A stretch of DNA of 64,000 bases from Selaginella moellendorffii. Its lineage: Eukaryota; Plantae; Lycopodiophyta. The position numbers were made by a program, and so were the translations under genes. The DNA lies in NCBI RefSeq assembly GCF_000143415.4, contig NW_003314293.1, positions 1,618,457 to 1,682,456 of the forward strand, in the 5' to 3' direction. The notes beneath the pieces are model-generated. The model did no database searches and was not told where the DNA came from. It saw only the letters and a program-made list of their open reading frames with translations. The number at the start of each line of letters is the position of its first letter. Within the stretch, counting starts at the first letter, position 1. This document shows, one piece after another, positions 11,942 to 23,886 of this stretch.

Positions 11942-13429
11942 GACAAATGTGGGAAAAAAATTTCTTGTGAGCCCCTTTGGTGTCTCCTGATCTTGCTTGT
12001 CATTCACCCACCTTTCTGATTTCTCCTGACACTGCACTAAATGTGCAGGTTTTAGACATGAGCTCTCTCTTGCTACTACCTTCTTTTTATCCCTCTTGAA
12101 TCTACTGCCCCTTGAGCTGCTGATGATTCAGAAGCCCCACAAGAAAAAAAAAAAAGGATTAATTTTTGGCTGCAAAAGGGCAAGTAGGCGGCAATTTGGT
12201 CAACACGGAGGAATTCAAGGCCTTTCAGAGTTTCCTTTAAGAGCTCAAAGTTTTTGTAGCGTTAAAGAGGGCGAGCACTATCTCTTTGATTATATCATAG
12301 AAAAGTAAACAAGGTAAAGGGGATGGATTGGTTCACAGAGATCACCAACGCTTTGGGCGGAATTCTAAATGGAGCGGCTGAGATCATGATCGAGATTCAC
12401 CACGAGTGGGCAAATACGCGACCATCTCCCAAGTCAAAATGCGGGTGATTACTTTTAGGATCACGCCGAGGAATCCCTGACTGCTAAACAAATCTAAAAG
12501 GGAAGTTGACAATGAATGGGGAAGCTTGCCTGCCAGCTCGCACCACCTTTAAATCTAAGCTCGTTTTTGTCGGTGTTTCCTCGATCTTCTTCTTATTTAA
12601 CTTTGCACTCCTATCTCTCACGTGGTACCAACAATGTACCCTTAAGGATGAATCGATAGACAATTTTCCCAAGATTGGCTCTCATTTCCAATCCACTGTT
12701 GGAGATTGCGCAACGAGATTGTTGCTTTTTGCTTGGGGAGAAGGGAGATTTCGTTTGAAGTGTTCTTCTTCTGTAAAGCAAAGGTGGTGGGCGTGTGTGT
12801 GCGTGCTTTCCATGATTGCGTACATGATTGAGTGGAGCGTGCACTATAAGGAGCTCACACCAAGAGGGGCTTATTCCCATTGGAGGTTGGCGAATTTTCC
12901 ATACCCCCCCCATTCATGTACCTTCGCACAGCAAGAACAAAAAACACCCAAGAAAAACGAGGCATGCGAACCACCGCCACCTTGGATGGATGATTCGCAG
13001 CTGATGATTTGCATGAAAGCCATACAGTGAAAATTGGAGCTTCTATTTAAAAAAGAAACTCAAAAAAATGAATTATTACTTTAATCGTCGCTGGTCACCC
13101 AATCGTCACCAGTTAATCAATCAGTAAAACAAGAAAAAAAAAATAGTGGGAATTTGACCGAGGCATTGTTTGGAACCATAGGCACAGGTGATCGATCGAT
13201 TTGAATGGGGTGGTACCACTACTATAAAAGACTGGGCGGCCGTAAGCATTGTCCTCTTGCTCTCCGCCAAACAAAAATGTAATCGAACTTCTTGGTCGGT
13301 AAAAAGGAACACTTTCAAAGTCAAACGAGCAGTTGTCACCGTGTTCATCAATGTTTGACTTGTGACAAGGACTGGGACTGGTATATTCCCCGGATCTTTC
13401 GGTCAGGGCTCGAATCGCGAGACGCGTGT

Positions 13430-13451
13430 AGCCGTTGGAGGGAGATTTAAA
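13430..13451 (-). promoter_or_regulatory. MSA (mitosis-specific activator) element plus TTTAAA
   Basis: TCCAACGGCT on the minus strand (13439-13430) matches YCYAACGGYY, about 55 bp upstream of the Borealin-like ATG. Retained in copy B at 21753-21762. Confidence 0.65.
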
Positions 13452-13493
13452 GCTACCTCGGATATTCGCTCGCATCCTGGGATTTTAGGGCTC

Positions 13494-14054
13494 ATGGCGA
13501 GGAAGAGGAGGGCGCTGGCCGTCAAGAGCAGCAATGCGAGGGCGGGGGAGGAGGAGGAGGACGCGGCGGCGGTGGAGGATGATCGCGTGGCGGAGCTGTG
13601 CCAGGCGATAGATTTGCAAGGTGAGAGGCTGCATTCGGGGGGAAATCTCTCAATCTTGGTCTCGACAGTGCAAGCGAGGGCGGCGGCGATTCGAGCCATC
13701 CGCGACGCGCAGATCGCCGAGTTCCTGGCGCAGCTCCAGCTCCAGCAGGCGAGCTTGTCGGAGGAGATGCTGGACATGCCGATTTGCGAGTTCCTGGAGC
13801 GGTTCTGCCCTAACACCGAGCTCGTGTGCAAGGAGAGCGGAGTGGTGGAGATGAGGAAGAAGAAGCTGCCGACCAGCGATGCCGGGGACCCTCTGGCTTC
13901 CTTGTTTGCGCTCAGTGCGCTCAAGAACACTAGCGCCGCCGCCGCCGCCGCCGCCGCGGCCACCGCCAAAAAGAGCTCCGCTTCCTTCTTTTGCACGCCG
14001 CGAACCTTGGGTGGTGGGATATCCTCGAGCATGAAGACTCGAAGTATGCGCTGA
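13494..14054 (+). CDS. BORR: Borealin-related protein (chromosomal passenger complex), possibly C-terminally truncated
   Basis: After a 48 nt intron (13621-13668): VQARAAAIRAIRDAQIAEFLAQLQL...MLDMPICEFLERFCPN, resembling the plant Borealin N-terminal helix (AAIRAIRD). MSA element upstream. Confidence 0.7.
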   Translation: MARKRRALAVKSSNARAGEEEEDAAAVEDDRVAELCQAIDLQGERLHSGGNLSILVSTVQARAAAIRAIRDAQIAEFLAQLQLQQASLSEEMLDMPICEFLERFCPNTELVCKESGVVEMRKKKLPTSDAGDPLASLFALSALKNTSAAAAAAAAATAKKSSASFFCTPRTLGGGISSSMKTRSMR

Positions 14055-14284
14055 GCTTTAGAGGCTGGGATCTCGCACCAAACAACCATTCTTTGGATCA
14101 AGTAAGTGTTACGTTTTTCTTTTCTCTTCCTCTCCTTGTGTATTGAATTTGTGTTTGCTTTCTCTTGAAATTCTTGCGGTTCTTTCTATTTTGTCTTTGT
14201 TCTTTGCTTCAAATTTCAAGCTCTGCTCTCGCTTTGTTACGTCACACAATTACTGGCATGTCCCTGTTCCTTTCCTAGTTTCCA

Positions 14285-14570
14285 TCGTGGACGGGAAGGA
14301 GGGCAGGTAGCTCGTCTTGTTGGATGGAATCAGGAAGCTCATATTGTATTGTTCTTCTGTCAGATCAGTCAATCAGACGTTCTTCTCAAATTGATGTGCA
14401 ACAAGACAGTATGTCCATGCATCACTTCGAAGTTTCAGGTCTCGTCACGGAAGGGATCCGTTGTTTCCGTTTTCCTAGCCGGAGCTGGTCATTTGGATGG
14501 GCATGTGTACTTTTAGATGGGAATGACACTATGAAATAGGTGTCATGAGTTCGGAAGCTATCGTCACCTT
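14285..14570 (+). pseudogene. Collapsed chalcone isomerase 5' relic (copy A)
   Basis: GTGGACGGGAAGGA..CAGGTAGCT is shared with the CHI upstream region at ~39682. cag|GLVTEG...FLAGAG and tag|GV match CHI exons 2-3 at 39860-40010. Confidence 0.6.
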
Positions 14571-15559
14571 GAGGAAAAAATCTTGAGCAGATAATGGCTG
14601 CCTCAACAGGATATCAATGGTTTGACTTTTTGGTTCACCTGACAAGGATTGAACCTGCTCCGGAAACAGACGTTCTTTTCCTATCGACTTGTCATTTGGG
14701 CCGACACTTGGCTCTGGAACCAGTTATATTCATAGGAAAAGTGCTGGTGCTGCTTGCCGCAGCTCCGATGGAGATCTTCTTGCTGGGAGCTGCTCGCTCA
14801 AGCGCATGACAAGCCAACTTGTTGCAATCCGGGCATTTGCTATCAGACTCCTCCGTTTATCGGGGCTTGCTATCCGTGAATTTCATGAACACCATGACAA
14901 TGGTCTCTGCGATTGCGGAATGAATAAACAAATGTTTTTCTAATCCATCAACAGCAAGTTGGAGCATTTCCTAAATCAGCTGACCTATTTACATTGAGGC
15001 CTTCCGTGAAATGGATCTATTAGGAAATCCCGTCCACAAGCAACGGACCCGGCAATGGACCTCTATATTCCGCAACAAGACTCAGTCGGGTTTCTGTTCC
15101 AACAAAACATCAAACTTCCTTCTGGAACGAAATGTCTTACTGTAAAGCTGAAAGGGTCCTCGCCACCATGGGAAGATGAGGTTCCTCCTCCACACGAGAT
15201 GGAGGATCCACGGCATGAGTTATCACACCCAGAGCATGTCCAGAAGGAACCACACCATAAGACATTCAATTAATTCTTCCATTGTATTTGTACAATTTCG
15301 TCCACAATAATTTCATATAACATCGCTCCACTACTTTACAGCACAGGAATCTCACATACAAACAAATTAGCTATTAACTAGTGACATACAACAAGGCATT
15401 ACCACAGGGATCATGAAATTCTCATTTCAACTGGGCCAAACCGTCGATAATCACCACTAGATAGAAAGCATGAAATTGTGAGTTCTGAAACAACTATGCA
15501 TAGCTTCAGATAAAGAACAGTTTATTAATTCAACCATTTGTGCTTGTACATGCTACTGA

Positions 15560-15742
15560 TCAATAGCAAGGGCCAACAAATGGAGGAGTGCTGTAGCAGA
15601 TCCCGGGATTGCAGCAGAAGGGCATGCTAGATGGGCACTGTGAACTACTTGTGCATCTCCGGTCCTGAGCACTAGCGACTTCCACAAAGCAAATTACTAC
15701 TAGAGCAGCAACCAGCGCAAACAAAACCGCGAACTTCGACAT
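15560..15742 (-). CDS. Small secreted 6-Cys peptide (knottin/hevein-like spacing), copy A
   Basis: Signal peptide MSKFAVLFALVAALVVICFVEVASA plus QDRRCTSSSQCPSSMPFCCNPGICYSTPPFVGPCY. Confidence 0.8.
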   Translation of the reverse strand: MSKFAVLFALVAALVVICFVEVASAQDRRCTSSSQCPSSMPFCCNPGICYSTPPFVGPCY

Positions 15743-17379
15743 TGTGAAACCAAGATGATTATTCCTCTTGCAGCCCACCTATTTATGAACCAAGTATTTC
15801 TATCACGAATGCCTAAAGGTCGGTCAAGATTAACATACGCAGTGCCTTCGAGGAACATGATAATGACTGAGAAGTCAGAGCAGCTGTTCACAAGTGGACT
15901 TTATATAATTAAGTGCTTGAGAATATTCTTAGAATATTTTCCTTTTATTGTGGAGATTAATGTTTATAATTTTCAACCTGTTTACTTATTAACATTAACT
16001 TTTTGTTTTAGGGTGATGCAAGCTCAAGTCAAAGCTTTTGGATATCGAAGAACCAATTAGCCAGTAGTGAGTATGCATCATTTTCCTCTTGCATGATTTT
16101 TTATTTTTTAGTTTTTTACATCTTTCCTTACTAGGGTGCTTAAAAATCTTCTACGCAATGGAATTCCCAGCGATTCTGGGAAGAATGGTGTGGGAAATGC
16201 ATCACTGAGAAAAAGCCCATTCAAATTGAATCAATTGAATATCTCAGCTACCTTGCAAACACTTCCAATCTCATTGTACATCTCGACCAGTAGTTCTCTG
16301 GAACGCAATGATCATGACATATGCCATATATAGCAAGCAAGCTGCAAAGTGTGAGCTTTCTAACTATTCTGACAATCCATAGTTTCTCGCAGCAGAGATA
16401 TGATGGCGGCTCTGGTAAACTTTTATAGAAAGTCTAGCAATGTGGATGACTTATGAGCAGTGAGGATGAAGCAGCTGAGCTTGGTAACCTGGAGCACAAC
16501 ACTCACACATAGCAGGGGCACCCCAATGCAGTATTTTTAGAGCAAAGACCTCTGCCACATGCCACATCATGAGAGGCAATGTCCTACCATATAATTGATA
16601 AAACTTATAAAATAGGTATTAGATGAGAGGAGGAAGCTCAATGAGATGTAGGTTGCTGAATGCTGATGGGAATTCAGTACAAAATTGGTAGTGCATAAAT
16701 CTTTTCTACTTCTCCCAAGAGAGCTAAAGTAACTTTATGTGTAAATAGAATTTAAATTTATAAAGGAATAAAATATTTATTATTTGTGCTTATTATTATA
16801 TAAAGTTTTTATTTAACCACTTTTTTTTCTATCTTTTCCAGATTAAGATCAAGTGCTTTTAAATTCATAACATATAAAGTAAATTACACACTTGTCAAAT
16901 ATTTGCCATCTTTATATTTATTAAGAAACACCCCATGGGATTTGAATTCACCTCCTCCTAATGAGTATTTGGGATTAATATGAACCCAAACTTAAATTAC
17001 ATGTTTGGATTAGTTTGGGCATTCCAAAGACTTTATAAAAATAGAGTTTTGAAAGGTGCTTAACACAAATTTATTTTTTTCTTATATTTTATTAGTGGTT
17101 CATTATTTCTCCTTCTTTCAACAATGAGCTCTTAATAATTGCATTGCTATCTCTTTCATGGCTCTAATATGATCTAATATCACTAGCTCTCTTAGATCCT
17201 TTTCTTCAACTCTAGTTAAATCTTGATATGCTATGGAAGTTATATTAAGTGTTGAAATAATGCAATATAGTACTTTACATGTAGCTTTAGCATATTTAGC
17301 ACCAACAATGACTTTTTTGTTTAAAGATAAAGATTTATATGCTAATAAAGTTTGATGGTTTGAGTGTAAGCAATTAAAA

Positions 17380-20160
17380 CGAACGACTTAAGAGATGATC
17401 TATTAGGGTTCAAATGGGCCATGAATAAAAATGTACAATTGATTAAAAGTTTTAGGATTTAGTTTAACATTCTTGGGGTAATATTAGGTTGAGTGACCTT
17501 TTGGGAAGTCTAAATTTAAGAGTTTACACTAAAGTAACCCTTAAGAAACATTTCTATCTTAGCTTTTATGATAATGTCAAAGATTTCATGCTCTCTCATC
17601 CGAAGTCAAGAGCTTACACCAAGTTCGATGATATAGCCTTTAAAAAACATTTTTACCTTGACTTTTGTGACAATATCAAAGATCTCATACTCTCTTATTC
17701 AGATATAACATCTCATACGACTGCTATTGATCTTGGTATTTGCTATAATAATCAATTGGAAGAATGATAATTGAAGTATTATCATCAAACCTTTGTGCCT
17801 CGTCTAATGACCTCAGTTTTAGAGTAACTAGCATATGAGAAAATAAGGGTTTTTTAGCACTGTAGGGAGAATTGCACAGTGGAATTTGATACTGCAATCA
17901 AGTACCTAGCAGATCATTCCTCACCTATACTATAGTAAGGTCTCGTGGACTTGACAATTGTTTAGAGTGGAATTTCAGTCAAGGATCTGGATTCTAGTGT
18001 AACTTTTAACTTAAGCAAGGCACAATTCCAATGGAAATTAAAGTTATATATTAAAGGTTTTTCCAATGTTGAATTAGACAATTCTCCCCTTCTCCAAATC
18101 TTCTTCTTATGCTTCTCTAATATTAATTTCTCACATTTCTTTACATGAGTTTTGGCCATTATAATTCTAGTTTTGTCTTTGCAATTACTATTCATGCAAT
18201 GTCAACTTCATCTATCATGATCAAGTTTACTTTTTCCTTAAGTAGGTTGATTTTAAGGATATTTTCAACAAGAGGAGAGTTAATATTTTGCCATTATATC
18301 AACTTTATGATTATTTTATTGATGTTATAGAAAGGAAATTACTACCATTTAGTCATATCTATAATCTTTTACTACTAAAGTTGGAAACCTTATATATACA
18401 TATCAAGAAGAATTTTTCTAAAGGTTTTTCTTAGTCTTTAGCTAGTGCACATATATTTTCTTTATATCCAGAAAGGACAAGTCTCTTCATTTAGTGATTA
18501 ACTACTATAGCTTGAACAAAGTCACTATTCTCAATTAACATTTACTTTTATTAATTCTTAAGATGTTGGAATGGCTCTCCAAGGTTTGATTCTTCACCAA
18601 ATTGTAAGTAATTAAATTTTTCATTTTACTTTAATCACTTGAACACAACTTTGACCATTTGGAAGAGTCTCACTCACAACCTTTATAAATTTTATTTTCG
18701 ACTTGGGGATATGCTAGCCCCATGAATGGCATATATGCCACTTAGATTTTGCACTTTGTCCAAGTGCTCTACATATTTAAAGCTATGTTCATTTACCCTT
18801 ATCTTTTTGGTAGTCTAAGATCACCTATGCTATAGTCCCATCTTTCAAAGACTGGGCCATCTATTTATGAGTGGCCATCCCATAACCACATTTTAACATC
18901 CTTAAGATGTCCAAAAACATAGGAACACCCTTCCCTAATGTCCCTTCTTCAGCCCCCATTAAGTCCCTCTCCATCCATGGTTGTGCTTGCCAATGCCACC
19001 ACTAGGTCAGGGCTCAAAAGTTTGACCACTAAGTGTCACTGACTTCTAGGACTTTTTCACCATGTGACCATGCTTTTAGTTAATATACATAAGGACTACT
19101 CCTCTTCTTTTTTATATGGGACAACATTTTGAAACACCACAACCAAATGCAAGTCTCATAGGTACTCTCCTTACTCCCTGGCCTTTGGGTGCCCTAGCTA
19201 TGTGGCTAGAGCGAGGTTCCAATGAACCACATTTAGTATCCAAGTAGGTAATGCACCCACATTTGGATTGAGAGCATTGACTATTCGATTTCTTAAGAAA
19301 GCTAGAGCTTGCTCTTAAACACTTAAGTTATCCCACTTATCCATTCATGTTCATTATAGCCTTGGACTCCTTAGTGGTTATATCATCACCCACTATATGG
19401 GTATAACCTTCTTTGATCACATTAACATTTTTTAGCCAAATTAATTCCACTAAAGTCCTCCATACTTTTGGAGCTCACCAAACCCTTTAGAGTTTGGGAG
19501 ACAATCACTTTGAGCTTTCACTCTCAAATTCAGACTTGGACTTGGACTTGAACTCTAACTTAGACTCAAACTCGGTCTTGGTCTCGGTCTTAGCCTCGGT
19601 CCCAATCTCGGTTTCCATTTCAAACCCAATTTCGGTATCGCGAATGTAACTTCGAGTATCGAAAGTTACTTATCAGCTAATCTTTTTGGATATTCTTTCT
19701 TTACTACCACAATGGCAAAAAGTTAGTATTGTTAGTCCCTTTTTCAATCTCCACCTAAACTAGTTGAGAAATTGGTCTTTGTGTGTGCATTTAATTAGAT
19801 AAGCATAAGGATGGAATTTCAAAGTAGCACATATGATCATAGGATAAGATTTAAATATACTGTCACCATGGATCCTTGAAATTTTAGGGGATAAATGGGG
19901 ATAAAATAACCACTAAAGACTTTTTCATTAAACAATTACCCCTTTTTTAGTTATTTTAAAGGGAGAGAAATAAAGTGTATTACATTTGGTATTAAAGGAT
20001 ATGTTTTAGCGAGTATTATTTATTGAGATTAAGCAATTAATCTCATTACATACATAAAGATTAAAATAATGATTCAAGTGGTACACATTTAGGTGCAAAA
20101 GGCTTCGCATTTGTTCATTAGGTATGGATTTTGGTTACCTTTTTATATTGTATTATGTGA
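17380..20160. mobile_element. Decayed retroelement-derived repeats
   Basis: AT-rich with no long ORFs. 17380-17470 matches 43870, 44290 and 49635. 19660-19800 matches 48805-48940. 6-bp (GACTYG)n array at 19530-19620. Confidence 0.5.
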
Positions 20161-21816
20161 GCTTGTGTGTGTGTGTGGACAAATGTGGGAAAAAATTTCT
20201 TGTGAGCCCATTTGGTGTCTCCTGATCTTGCTTATTATTCACCCACCTTTCTGATTTCTCCTAACACTTCACTAAATGTGCAAGTTTTAAACATGAGCTC
20301 TCTCTTGCTACTACCTTCTTTTTATCCCACCTCTTGAATCTACTGCCCCTTGAGCTGCTGATGATTCACAAGCCCCACAAAAAAAAAAAAAAAGGAATTA
20401 TTTTTGGCTGGACAAGTAGGCAGAGATATAAGCAATTTGGTCAACATGGAGGAATTCAAGGTTTTTCAAAGTTTCCTTTAAGAGTTCAAAGTTTTTGTTG
20501 TAGAGACCAGCGTTAAAGAGGGCAAGCACTATCTCTTGATTATATCATAGAAAAGTAAACAAGGTAAAGGGGATGGATTGATTCACAGAGATCACGAACG
20601 CTTTGGGCGGAATTCTAAATGGAACGGCTGAGATCATGATCAAGATTCACCACAAGTGGGCAAATACGCGACCATCTCCCAAGTCAAAATGCGGGTGAAT
20701 ACTTTTAGGATAACGCCGAGGAATCCCTGACTGCCAAAAAAATCCAAAAGGGAAGTTGACAATGAATGGGGAAGCTTGCCTGCCAGCTCACACCACCTTT
20801 AAATCTAAGCTCGTTTTTGTCAGTGTTTTCTCGATCTCCTTCTTATTTAACTTTCCACTCTCGTTCTATCTCTCACGTGGTACCAACAATGTACCCTTAA
20901 GGATGAATCGATATTGGCTCTCATTTCCAATCCACTGTTGGAGATTGTGCAACGAGATTGTTGCTTTTTGCTTGGGGAGAAGGGAGATTTCGTTTGAAGT
21001 GTTCTTCTTCTGTAAAGCAAAGGTGGTGGGCGTGTGTGTGCGTGCTTTCCATGATTGCGTACATGATTGAGTGGAGCGTGCACTATAAGGAGCTCACACC
21101 AAGAGGGGCTTATTCCCATTGGAGGTTGGCGAATTTTCCATACCCCCCCATTCATGTACCTTCGCACAGCAAGAACAAAAAACACCCAAGAAAAACGAGG
21201 CATGCGAACCACCGCCACCTTGGATGGATGATTCGCAGCTGATGATTTGCATGGAAGCCATACAGTGAAAATTGGAGCTTCTCGTTTGTCCCCAATTTAA
21301 AAAAAAAAACTCAAAAGAATGAATTATTACTTTAATCATCGCTGGTCAATCAATCAGTAAAACAAGAAAAAAAAAAAAGTGGGAATTTGACCGAGGTATT
21401 GTTTGGAAGCATAGGCACAGGTCGATCGATTTTAATGGGGTGGTACCACTACTACAAAAGACTGGGCGGCCGTAAGCATTGTCCTCTTGCTTTCCGCCAA
21501 ACAAACACAACAATCACTGGCTTGCTTACGTCCAAAGAAAGGATGAAGATCGAAGATGCAACAGGTATTATCCTTTCCTCATTCTTTTATAAAACAAAAA
21601 ATGTAATCGAACTTCTTGGTCGGTAAAAGCAACACTTTCAAAGTCAAACGAGCAGTTGTCACCGTGTTCATCAATGTTTGACTTGTGACAAGGACTGGCA
21701 CTGATATATTCCCCGGATCTTTCGGTCAGGGCTCGAATCGCGAGACGCGTGTAGCCGTTGGAGGGAGATTTAAAGCTACCTCGGATATTCGCTCGCATCC
21801 TGGGATTTTAGGGCTC

Positions 21817-22331
21817 ATGGCGAGGAAGAGGAGGGCGCTGGCCGTCAAGAGCAGCAATGCGAGGGCGGGGGAGGAGGAGGAGGACGCGGCGGCGGCGGAG
21901 GATGATCGCGTGGCGGAGCTGTGCCGGGCGATAGATTTGCAAGGTGAGAGGCTGCATTCGGGGGGAAATCTCTCAATCTTGGTCTCGACAGTGCAAGCGA
22001 GGGCGGCGGCGATTCGAGCCATCCGCGACGCGCAGATCGCCGAGTTCCTGGCGCAGCTCCAGCTCCACTGGACATGCCGATTTGCGAGTTCCTGGAGCGG
22101 TTCTGCCCTAACACCGAGCTCGTGTGCAAGGAGAGCGGAGTGGTGGAGATGAGGAAGAAGAAGCTGCTGACCAGCGATGCCGGGGACCCTCTGGCTTCCT
22201 TGTTTGCGCTCAGTGCGCTCAAGAACACTAGCGCCACCGCCGCCAAAAAGAGCTCCGCTTCCTTCTTTTGCACGCCGCGAACCTTGGGGGGTGGGATATC
22301 CTCGAGCATGAAGACTCGAAGTATGCGCTGA
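21817..22331 (+). pseudogene. Borealin-related copy B, frameshifted
   Basis: A 25 nt deletion (GCAGGCGAGCTTGTCGGAGGAGATG) at ~22067 relative to copy A shifts the frame. The poly-Ala tract is also shorter. Confidence 0.8.
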
Positions 22332-22562
22332 GCTTTAGAGGCTGGGATCTCGCACCAAACAACCATTCTTTGGATCAAGTAAGTGTTACGTTTTTCTTTT
22401 CTCTTCTCCTTGTGTATTGAATTTGTGTTTGCTTTCTCTTGAAATTCTTGCGGTTCTTTCTATTTTGTTTTTGTTCTTTGCTTCAAGTCTCAAGCTCTGC
22501 TCTCGCTTTGTTACATCACACAATTACTGGCAAAATGTCCCTGTTCCTTTCCTAGTTTCCAT

Positions 22563-22851
22563 CGTGGACGGGAAGGAGGGCAGGTAGCTGGTCTTGTTGG
22601 ATGGAATCAGGAATCTCATATTGTGTTGCTCTTCTGTCAGATCAGTCAATCAGACGTTCTTCTCAAATTGATGTGCAACAAGGCAGTATGTCCATGCATC
22701 ACTTCGAAGTTTCAGGTCTCGTCATGGAAGGGATCCGTTGTTTCCGTCTTCCTAGCCGGAGCTGGTCATTTGGATATTGGCATGTGTACTTTTTTAGATG
22801 GGGGTGACATTATGAAATAGGTGTCATGAGTTCGGAAGTTATCGTCACCTT
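22563..22851 (+). pseudogene. Collapsed chalcone isomerase 5' relic (copy B)
   Basis: cag|GLVMEGI...SVFLAGAG, duplicate of 14285-14570. Confidence 0.6.
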
Positions 22852-23703
22852 GAGGAAAAAATCCTGAGCAGATAATGGCTGCCTCAACAGGATATCAATG
22901 GTTTGACTTTTTGGTTCACCTGACAGGGATTGTTGCTGCTTGCCACAGCTCCGATGGAGATCTTCTTGCTGGGAGCTGGGAGCTCAAGCGCATGACAAGC
23001 CAACTTGTTGCAATCCGGGCATTTGCTATCAGAGTCCTCCGTTTATCGGGGCTTGCTATCTGTGAATTTCATGAACAGCATGACAATGGTCTCTGCAATT
23101 GCGGAATGAATAAACAAATGTTTTTCTAATCCATCAACAGCAAGTTGGAGCATTTCCTTAATCAGCTGACCTATTTACATTGAGGCCTTCCGTGAAATGG
23201 ATCTATTAGGAAATCCCGAGACTCAGTCCGGTTTCTGTTCCAACAAAACATCAAACTTCCTTCTGGAACGAAATGTCTTACTGTAAAGCTGAAAGGGTCC
23301 TCGCCAGGAGGCCCCATGGGAGGATGAGGTTCCTCCTCCACACGAGATGGAGGATCCACGGCATGAGTTATCACACCCAGAGCATGTCCAGAAGGATCCA
23401 CACCACCCTAAGACATTCAATTAATTCTTCCAGTGTATTTGTACAATTTCTTCCACAATAATCTCATATAACAACTCGGCTCCATGAGAATTTCATGATC
23501 CCTGTGGTAATGCCTTGTTGTATGTCACTAGTTAATGGCTAATTTGTTTGTATGTGAGATTCCTGTAGTTTCAACTGGGCCAAACCGCCGATAATCACCA
23601 CTAGATAGAAAGCATGAAATTGTGAGTTCTGAAACAACTATGCATAGCTTCAGATAAAGAACAGTTTATTCATTCAACCATTTGTGCTTGTACATGCTAC
23701 TGA

Positions 23704-23886
23704 TCAATAGCAAGGGCCAACAAATGGAGGAGTGCTGTAGCAGATCCCGGGATTGCAGCAGAAGGGCATGCTAGATGGGCACTGTGAACTCCTTGTGCAT
23801 CTCCGGTTCTGAGCACTAGCGACTTCCACAAAGCAAATTACTACCAGAGCAGCAATCAGCGCAAACAAAACAGCGAACTTCGACAT
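23704..23886 (-). CDS. Small secreted 6-Cys peptide, copy B
   Basis: Intact. Differs from copy A by V>I in the signal peptide and D>N, S>R in the mature peptide. Confidence 0.8.
   Translation of the reverse strand: MSKFAVLFALIAALVVICFVEVASAQNRRCTRSSQCPSSMPFCCNPGICYSTPPFVGPCY

Larger units (their letters stand above)
11925..20163 (+). repeat. Tandem segmental duplication, copy A (~8.2 kb)
   Basis: Colinear with 20164-~27240. Anchors: GGACAAATGTGGG 11941/20177, ATG 13494/21817, peptide gene 15560/23704, TATTAAAGGATAT ~19990/~27087. Confidence 0.92.

Noticed and set aside
12300-13100. 174 aa ORF in duplication copy A
   Set aside because: Frame not preserved in copy B and no recognisable domain.
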